This document shows positions 50,887-59,700 of a DNA stretch of 64,000 nucleotides, in pieces. Where the stretch lies: assembly GCA_965198115.1 (NCBI GenBank), contig OZ240241.1, forward strand, positions 4,224,001 to 4,288,000, given 5' to 3'. The notes under the pieces were generated by a model. The model saw only the letters and a list, made by a program, of their open reading frames with translations, made no database searches and was not told the origin of the DNA. Source of the DNA: Candidatus Latescibacterota bacterium. GTDB taxonomy: Bacteria > Latescibacterota > UBA2968. The translations under genes were made by a program, and so were the position numbers. Numbering within the stretch: position 1 is the stretch's first letter; the number at the start of each line of letters is the position of its first letter.

Positions 50887-52272
50887 CTAAGTTGGCCGAG
50901 TCCGGAACAGGGTCACTGCGAGCAGAAAGACAGCGGCGGCCCCGATTGGCCCTGACAGACCGAACAATGCAGATTGGACCGAAGGCGATACCAGGTGGTC
51001 CAGATAACCACCCTGTAGGAGAGGGCCAATCCGAAACAGGACCGCCACGGTCCACACGAGCGTGGCCGGTCCGACCAATCCGGGAACCCCCACGGCTCGA
51101 GCGTGGACGAATCCTGGAATCATGCGCGGGGCCATACCGAACAGAAGCGTCGTCAGAAACCCTGCCACGTAAGTGTGGCGGAGGGCGTCAGCGTCAACCC
51201 ACAGGGTGTGGCCGGCGCACGTTTGAAAACCCGTCAGAATCTCGAGAACGACCCCGATCAACAACCAGACGTAAGCAAGGTAGAGCGCGAGCTCGAAGCG
51301 CCCGTATTCTCCTCGATCCGGCAGACCGGCGCGGGTCGCCTCAGGCCCACCGCTCGCTTGTGCCAGGCGACCGACTGTCCACGGCGGTCTGAGACGGAAA
51401 AGCACATCGAGCTTCCAAATAAAATAGAGTAGAACGGCACCCTTGGTCACGTGACCGATCCCCGTTAGCCCCTCGTGCTCGAGGCTGGGAACGATTCGGT
51501 GTACCAAAACGACCATCGCCGCTCCGACATACACGAACGACGCCTTCGGTACGGACCAGTGGATCGGAGGCAATCGGAGATAAAGAGGGAAAGTCCGGAC
51601 AGAAAAGGCGAGCGCAACGGGTACGAGCGTCAGCCCTACAAAGAGGTCGATGGAAATCCTATTCCAGGTCAGATCGACCACCGCTGCCCCATCGCGAGCA
51701 GCCTCCCAAGAAATCGCCCCGTTGATGACCCCGTAGCTCAGCCATCCCGCCAACGCAGCGACGAGGAGCGGACGGACGGCAGCAAGGGCAGACCGCTGGT
51801 CGGAAGCGTGCAGAACGACGAAGATGGCAGTTCCGACGTAGATGACGATCGCAACCAGCGTCACAAAACCCGATAGGCCGATCACGAAGGGACCCGCACC
51901 GCCATCGGCGCCCAGGCCTGCGGTCGTCTGACCGATCGTGCGAGTCACCACACCTGCGAAAAGCATTCCCACCGCCCACGGCACGACGGCCGGTCGAGGA
52001 AGCGGAACGGCTGCGAGCCTCGGCACGAAGTAAAGACTGACGCCCACGATGAATAGCCCAAGCCACCCGATCAGTTGCGCGTGCCCGTGCGCTTGTAGCA
52101 CGGGAAGCCACCACGTGCCGACAGACAGCCCGAAGCCGACGTGGGCCGATAGGATGGCCGCGAAACCGAACCCGGCCGTCAGGGCAATAGCTGTGGCCGC
52201 CGTGACAGCTGCGAACCCGAAATTCGCATATTCCCCGGCGTGCCCACGCGTGTTCACTTTCCTCTGGCTCAC
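50887..52272 (-). CDS. NnrS-family / heme-copper-related polytopic membrane protein
   Basis: HGHAQLIGW...GV..Y.VPR, DALRH...GF....FGMAPRMIPGF; about 12 TM segments. Confidence 0.7.
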   Translation of the reverse strand: MSQRKVNTRGHAGEYANFGFAAVTAATAIALTAGFGFAAILSAHVGFGLSVGTWWLPVLQAHGHAQLIGWLGLFIVGVSLYFVPRLAAVPLPRPAVVPWAVGMLFAGVVTRTIGQTTAGLGADGGAGPFVIGLSGFVTLVAIVIYVGTAIFVVLHASDQRSALAAVRPLLVAALAGWLSYGVINGAISWEAARDGAAVVDLTWNRISIDLFVGLTLVPVALAFSVRTFPLYLRLPPIHWSVPKASFVYVGAAMVVLVHRIVPSLEHEGLTGIGHVTKGAVLLYFIWKLDVLFRLRPPWTVGRLAQASGGPEATRAGLPDRGEYGRFELALYLAYVWLLIGVVLEILTGFQTCAGHTLWVDADALRHTYVAGFLTTLLFGMAPRMIPGFVHARAVGVPGLVGPATLVWTVAVLFRIGPLLQGGYLDHLVSPSVQSALFGLSGPIGAAAVFLLAVTLFRTRPT

Positions 52273-52278
52273 CTGCGA

Positions 52279-52306
52279 AAGGTAGCCCGCGGACTAACCC
52301 TGTCAA
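52279..52306 (-). promoter_or_regulatory. Putative sigma70 promoter giving a leaderless transcript
   Basis: TTGACA-N16-TACCTT-N6-GTG start; no Shine-Dalgarno seen. Confidence 0.45.
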
Positions 52307-52423
52307 TACGCTTGTCGCTCAGACATCCACTCGCCCGTACAGGCAAAAACCGCCCGAAGTGATCGGAGGCGGTCTGTGCATTTTTCACTTTTCAATCTGA
52401 CTTCTGCGAAGACTACGTCTCCA

Positions 52424-53563
52424 TCACCGTACTCGACGCTTACGCCCTTTGAGAGCGTCCGGTGAAACACGTGGAGCAATGAAGTTCAGGATCGTCTCCA
52501 GACTCTCCCTGGACTTTTTCAAGAACTTGAATCGAACCAGGTCGCGGTCCACCGTCGTCGCGCGGGCCAGCCACCCGGCCAGAAAGGAGGGGCCCTCGGC
52601 GCCCGGCTGAATCCGAATCAGGTCCCCTTCCCCCATCGTCGTGGGGCTTTCTACCACCAGCCCGCTCCCGCTCTGTTCGACCAACCGCACAGGAATTTCT
52701 TCCAGGTTCTCGAATTTGTCGAACAACTCGTCCGAAGGGATCTCGCGTCCATACGTGGAAGTGGGTAAGTGCGTTACCGTAACGGCCACATCCAGATCAC
52801 AGCTGAAGATCTTTCGATCTTCGTTGTATATCAGTTCGTCCCCGTGTTCCAGAACCAGGTAGGCGTGCGGACGAGTATACTCCTTCATAATCTGTGTGCT
52901 GAACCGACATTCACCGCCATACGGCGACCAGAAAAATGCCCAGACAGGATGTCGAGGCCGAAACCGAACAATGCGCTTGCCCTCTTGGAAGGGCTCCGTG
53001 TAAATCGCCAGGTCGTTGAGTTCGAGGATCTCGGCCGAAAGTAGACGAAACCCCGATCCACCACGGGCCAAGACGAACAGCTTCTGACCGAGCATAAGGT
53101 GCCGCGTGTTCCTGGGTCGACGATCCTCGGAAATATACCGGAAGCCCACCTTCTCTCGCACGGCTGCGATCCGGTCGACGGCGTCTTCCATCTCCAACCA
53201 CGGCAGCTTTCGTGCACGCCGGATGTAGGCACGTGCCGCGTTATCGAACCCATCGAGCGAAGAAAGAACCGTCGCCGGATTGAGATCGGGCACGGCCTCG
53301 GCCATCGACTCGACCAGCCTGTTCTCCATCGGATCGAACGCATTCTGATCCGCCAGCTTTTGTAGCTGATCGAATCCCCTCAGGGTGCGCTCTCTACGTC
53401 GGATACGCTTGCGCACGGTGTTGACCACGAGGGGAATGAGCACCAACAGAACCAACACGATTCCGATATACAGAACCGCCTGCACAGTCGGATCCTCACG
53501 ATCCTGTAGCTTCGACAGAACAGGCGCGAATCCTTCGACTTTCAGGAGCACGAACGAAACCAC
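52424..53563 (-). CDS. Membrane-anchored hypothetical protein with YcgR/PilZ-like C-terminal region
   Basis: N-terminal TM (LYIGIVLVLLVLIPLVV), helical region, EDRKIF and EQSGSG resembling degenerate RxxxR and DxSxxG. Confidence 0.5.
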   Translation of the reverse strand: MVSFVLLKVEGFAPVLSKLQDREDPTVQAVLYIGIVLVLLVLIPLVVNTVRKRIRRRERTLRGFDQLQKLADQNAFDPMENRLVESMAEAVPDLNPATVLSSLDGFDNAARAYIRRARKLPWLEMEDAVDRIAAVREKVGFRYISEDRRPRNTRHLMLGQKLFVLARGGSGFRLLSAEILELNDLAIYTEPFQEGKRIVRFRPRHPVWAFFWSPYGGECRFSTQIMKEYTRPHAYLVLEHGDELIYNEDRKIFSCDLDVAVTVTHLPTSTYGREIPSDELFDKFENLEEIPVRLVEQSGSGLVVESPTTMGEGDLIRIQPGAEGPSFLAGWLARATTVDRDLVRFKFLKKSRESLETILNFIAPRVSPDALKGRKRRVR

Positions 53564-53740
53564 GTGGCCTTCCCGCAAATGATGGATCGTCGCAGCAAGA
53601 TGACCGCTTGCTCCTTTTAAATATAGGGCACTTCGAATCCTGTGACTATACGACGGCTCACAGGCGTACCGAACTGGATTGATGAAAGAGCACCGCACAG
53701 AAGCGATGTTCGGACTCTCCGCTCTTGGGGGAGACGGCGA

Positions 53741-53780
53741 AAAGAGAAAGGGCGTCCACGACTACGTGGACGCCCTTTTC
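53741..53780 (-). terminator. Rho-independent terminator after the giant surface-protein gene
   Basis: Minus strand gaaaagggcgtccacg-tagt-cgtggacgccctttctctttt. Confidence 0.8.
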
Positions 53781-53797
53781 AAACAAGATGATGAAAG

Positions 53798-56700
53798 CTA
53801 CTTGAGCAGCATCATCTTTCGAACCGTGGTGAACGCGGACGTTTGAGTACCCACAGCCTGCATTCGTACGAAATACAGACCGCTGGCCACCTGTCGACCG
53901 TATTCGTCTCGACCGTCCCACGCCACACGGTGGCAACCGGCGGTGAGCCGATCGTCGACAAGATGGGAGACCTGCTGGCCCAGCACGTTGTAAATCGTCA
54001 GGCGAACATCGGCAGCCTCGGGCAACGCGAACGGAATCACCGTTTCCGGGTTGAACGGGTTCGGGTAATTCTGCGTCAGTGCGAACGCATCGGGCATCGC
54101 CTGAAGCTCCGCCGCGGAGTCACCCAGGCGACGGATGTTGCCGGCTGGATCAGACACGAACGCTTCTGCAATTTCGACCACACCCGTCACCGTCGGGTCG
54201 AGCACGTTGAACTGAAGCTCCACAATCGAACGATCCCCGACGATCCCCTCGGTCAGGACATCGGCCAGGGTGATCTTGCCCGACTGGCGAGCCTCGAGCG
54301 CTGGCCGCCCGTCTTCCGCGAACAAGGAAGTGCCGGCAGACAGCACATCGGAGAGTTCAAACGCCACGGCGTCGTATTTCAGCGTCAGTCCATAGCCCTG
54401 AACGACCTCGGCATCGGAGAGATCGACTGAGACCGTGATCATCTCGCCGTTGCGGGCGCTTTGAGCCACCAGACTGATCCCAGTCTCGGCATTCAAATGA
54501 GGCCCGAGACCCAGAGGTTTGGTCAACGCCCGTTTAGCCGGCCCACCAAACGCCCCGGCAAAGGTGATGAAGTCGGGGAACCCAATGTTGCCATCCCCGT
54601 CGAGGTCGAACTTCGAATCGAAGTTCGCTGCCCCTACAGAGGCCCCGAAGGCCTGAGCGAACTGGATGAAATCGCCGAACCCGACGATTCCGTCCCCGTC
54701 GAAGTCGGGTGTGGGTTCACCGCTGGCATCGCCACCGATCTGAATCGTGGCGCCACCGGCTCCGATCGTCAGACGCGTCTGATCGGCAGCCGAGGTGGCG
54801 AACTGACCACTGCTGAGCGTGATACGTGTCGGCAGCGTCGCACCATCCTTCACGGTGAATGTGACCGTGCCGATGCTTCCTGAGTCCGCGGTCGTCTTCG
54901 TTGTCCCCAGGAAGGCCACACTCCCGCGGAAGAGACCGTCCCCCTCCGTCGGAATCGGCAACGCACCCGAGAAGAGTCCGGACAGCGTGAAGGTGCCGAA
55001 CTCAAGGTTAGCCGACTCGAAAAGCAAAGTGAATTGATAGCCTGCCAACCCCGTGGCGCCTTCGGTGGCCACCAGATCAACCGTCACCGTGCCGTCATCC
55101 GGCACGTCCTCGAGGATGCGTTCCTCCCGATCCCCGTCGGCCGAATCGAGATCGAGCGCCATCGGACCGATCGTGCCTTCCCCGATGGCTGCCGCAGCCC
55201 TACCCACGACCGTTGCGGTCACCTCACGGGCACCCGATACATGCGGTAACAACCACGTCACCTTCAGCCTGAATCGTGAGGGAGGCGGTCGCCATACCAG
55301 ATGCACTCGGAACCGTTGCGCTCGATCCGCCGTCGACCTGTGCGTCCCCTGAAGTGACCGAGAACGTAATGTCCAACCCGTCGTCGGTCAGTGCGAGACC
55401 GTCCAGGTCGAACAACGCCGCCGTCAATGTCGCCGACTCACTCCCGTCCGAGGCGAGCGAATCAGAGCTCGACGTCAGCGTAATCTGACGCTCGAGACCT
55501 TCGACATTCACCGTTCCACGCGTGAACGTCTCGAGTTCCTCAACACCACCTTCACCGTTCGAGAACTGAACCTTGGTTACGGTCACATCGGTCATGCCGC
55601 TGAACCGGTCGTTCACGAGGAAAGACAGGACGGCCAGCAACCCATCACCCTGCCCCAACTGGCTGTCGGAAGCGCCCAGGAGCACTGTGGAGAAGCTGAT
55701 GGCGTCTCCCTGGGGGATCGAGAGGCTGACGGCGACACCCCCGCTCTGCTTCAGAATGTTGGTCTCGAGCGTGCCGTCCTCTGCGATTCCGTCGAGCGTC
55801 ACGGCTGTCGAGTCGTAGTCCACCTGGATCTCGTAGCCCAGCAGATCCACGACGCCCTTGGCGTAAACCGCGATTTCGAACGACTCACCCGGCGGGACCG
55901 TGGTTTCCGTCACGCCACCGTCGCCTGCCGCCGTATCGAAATCGACCGAGACAGCGTCATCCGCCACCAGGTCGACTTCCGTTGTCACGAGCGGAAGCGG
56001 CACGGTAAAGTCCTCCACGACCGTAGCCCCACCCGCTTCGACGGCGATTGGGTCCGGAGCTCCGTCACCGTTTGGATCGTAGGCGCCGGAGGTCGGTCCT
56101 GCCGATGTCTCGACCTGGGCGAACAAACCGTATGTACCTTCGCTCAGACCTTCAACTTGGTAACCGCCCTGCTCGTCGACAACGCTCCCGCCTGCGATCT
56201 CACCTTCTTCGTTGACCGCGATGACCTCGCCGAACAGAATCTCGACCGGATCTGCTTGTTTCGAAGCCGCTTCTACGAGCAACAGACTGCCCTCGATGCT
56301 ACCAAAAGACTCGAGCTGACCGCCCGTCGCAAACGTGAGTGTCAACGACTCGGGCAGGGGCTGTCCATTCTTTCCGTGCGCACCACGGAGCGTGAATGTG
56401 TAGGACGTGTTCGGCGCCAGCTCGACAGGAATCACGGCGGTCGTTCCATCGTCATCGAGGAAAACGTCGAGTGGACGTCCCTCGCCGGGAACCAGGAACG
56501 CCTCGACGTTGACGAAACGTCCTGCCTGACGGACCGGTGCGGAGAACGTAATGCGTATCTCGCCGCTCTCGGGCACGTCGACCGCGCCGTTTTCGGGTTC
56601 GGTGCTTACCACGCGGAATGCAGATCCTATCGCCCGGATCGTGAAGTCAGCCTTCGCGAAAAGACCGAGTGACGGCACTTCGATTTCGACCTCGTGAAGA

Positions 56701-59700
56701 CCCGGACCCAGGTTGCGGGCGACCGCGCCGGATCGGACAACCACCGGAGGCAGGAAATCGAGGAACACGACGATCTCGGTGTCGAGTACGTTCCCATCGA
56801 TATCGACCACGTTGAGAACCGCATCATTCTCATCGCCTTCACCGTCAAAATCTCCGGTGTCAACTTCAACGAAGACTTCCGCCAGATCTCTGAACGTCTC
56901 CGCGTAGAAGACGAGCGGCGCATCACCGATGATTTCGCCTTCCATGAAGATGTTTTGACCCGGAAGGGAAGCGAGACTCACCGGGTTCTCATTCTCGTCG
57001 ATGACCTCGATTCCGTCGCCCAGCGTGAACGGCGGAAGTGCCGTGAACACCAGGAGGAACCCGTCGTCCGTTTCCTCGATTTGAACCTGGAAGCGATCGA
57101 AGATCTCTTCCTCGGGATGAAGGGGACGCGGAAACGCCGGATTCAGCAACGTCAGCCTGACGACACCGGGCCTGAACGGGTTGAATTCGACGACGATCTG
57201 CGCTTCCTCGCTGGATTCCAGAAGATCCCTGAACTGTTCAGGGGGAATGCCCCGGCCACCAAAGTCGCCGAAGAATGTACGGTCCGTGATCGGCTCGGGC
57301 AGACGTGCCGCGAGTACAATCGTCCGCTAGCCTCATCCACGCTCTCCACGAGGCCATCGATCTCAAAAGGTTCGCCGCCGATGATCGACACGAACTCGGC
57401 CACGCGCTCACCCTCGGGTGCGCCCGGGAAGACCGTTTCCGTTCCCTCCACGGCCACCAGAACACCGTGTCTCAACTCGTGGAGACCCGCTGGGGACTCA
57501 TCGGGGAAAGTGATCACTGTGTTGCGCGTGATCCTGGCTGGTGCAGGTGGACTCGGTGAAATGACATTTTCGAAGTCACGCAACTGACCGAACAGGTCAT
57601 CAACCCGAATGAGAAGATCCTCATCGAGTTGAATCGGGTCCACGCCGAGTGGTAGCACCTCGATGCCCACGGCCAGCTGCCGGTTAGGATCGGGAATGTC
57701 TTCGGTGAAGATCCGAAGGAAACGTGGCTCGAACTGGAACGTCTGCTCCGAGAGAAGCGCATCACGCAGTTCTCTCAACGACCCCACGACGTTGCCGTCG
57801 GGCAGCATGATCTCCGTACCTGGCGGCACGAACAGCTCGATCGACGGTTGGAAGAACAGGAAGCCACCGAACTGATCGAAGAACTCCACGCGCGCTGCGA
57901 TCTCGAACGTGCGCTGACGTGCACCACCGTTCAGAATTAGAACGAAGCTCGCTGTGATCCTGCCCGAATCGTTCTCCTCTCCGAACACGGCGACCTGAAC
58001 GCCGAGGCCGATGTCAGCGAATTCTCGTAATTCGTCCAGAGGCACGCCTGGAATCGGGCTGGGCGGCGGGAAGAACGGATCGGGGAACTGCTTGGCCCTC
58101 GTCACCTTGGCAGCCGGTTTGGTTGCCTTGCTGTTCGTGAGCGGCTGGGCACGCTTGAACGCGGACCCTCTGGCCCCCCGAAGAAGGGATCGAAGAAATC
58201 GTCCTGGAAAGGATTGAAAAAGACGACACCGACGACCGTATCATCTGTGATCGCAACTTCGACCGGTACTTCGTCGTCACCTTCCACAAAGATCAATCGA
58301 TTATCGGCATCGACATCGACCACGGCGCCGATGATTTGGGGCTCTTCCTGTTCCGGGCCGCGGAAAATCATGACACGATCGGCATCAATGCTGCCATCGT
58401 CGCGGAACAGGCCGAAGATGTCGACGTCATCTCCTTCGACCAGGTCGTCGAACGTACCCTGCACGATCTCCGGCTCCTGGAAAATTGGAACAAGGCCGAA
58501 CAGAATCTCGAAATCGAAGAAGTCGACGATCCCGTCGCCGTTGGCATCGTGCGCTTCGGGGCTGTTGAACCAAGCGTCGAAGTCGGCATCATCGAAGATC
58601 CCGTCTCCATTGAAATCACCCGGTTCACCGAACTGCGCCCGCTTGGCTGCGACCTTTCGGCGCGCCTCCTTCAGGGCGTCTCGCTGGAAAAATGGTTCTT
58701 GGAAAATCTGGATCTCGAAGACCGTCGCGTCAGAGACGTGAACTGTCGTCCGGAATCCGAAGTCGTCGATGACGAAGGAGCCGACCGCACGATCGATCTC
58801 AATCACCCGACCGAAAGCAACCGGGAAACCACCAAACCCACCGCCACCTGCGTCGAAATCGCGCAGGATCTTCACACCGGTGGCAAAGATCGTACCGTCA
58901 CTCTCCACCTCGCCGAACACTTCGACGAAATCTCCTTCGATCAGGTCCTCGTAGACGGCGAATCCTTCGAACGGGTCACCACCACCGGCGAATGGATCGC
59001 CGAATGGGTCGCCACCGAAGAACGGGTCATCGAACTGGCCCTGCTGGGTCTGCCCGAACGTACCGAATCCATCTTCGGGCGGAGGTGGACCCCCGACGCG
59101 AATGAAGAATTCAGTCTCATCCGTGACCTGGACGGTGTGAACCACGCCCGTCTCATCCTGGACATCGAACGTCCCGGCATCTCGATCGATCGTGACAACC
59201 TCGCCTTCTACGGCAAGTTCGCCGAGATCTCCTGGACCACCGGGTCCTGGCTGGAGGATGCGGTCCAACCCATCGAACGTGATGAACCCGTCTGGACCGA
59301 CCTGGTTCCGGAAGAGTTGCTTCAGATCTTCTGGGAGCTGGAACAGGAGAAGTTCGTCAAGCGGTACTCCGAACCCGCCGGAGTCATCGATGGCTCTCCG
59401 GATGGACTCGATGATCTCGAACACGATTCCCTCGAATTCGGGCGGAATCCCCGGCGGGAATCCATCGGGCGGAGGGCCACCGCCGAGGGCGATGCGAACC
59501 TCGTCCAGATTAATCTCACCGTCATCACCGGCGATGTCCTCGAGAATGCCTCGAAGATCGTCCGTCAGGAAGCCGAACCACGAAATCGCCGGCGTCGGCG
59601 GCGGAGCACCCGGCTCCAGCAGCGTCGCCTCGATGTCGAACAGTACGTCGATCAACTTCTGCGGGAGATCGCCGAAGGGTGGCGGTGGAGAGCCACCGCC

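Noticed and set aside
887-58165. Widespread pseudogenisation or programmed frameshifting of metabolic genes
   Set aside because: The breaks are mostly 1-2 base indels with no in-frame stops or decay and no shared slippery motif; sequencing error is more likely. Only the HAD gene is clearly disrupted.
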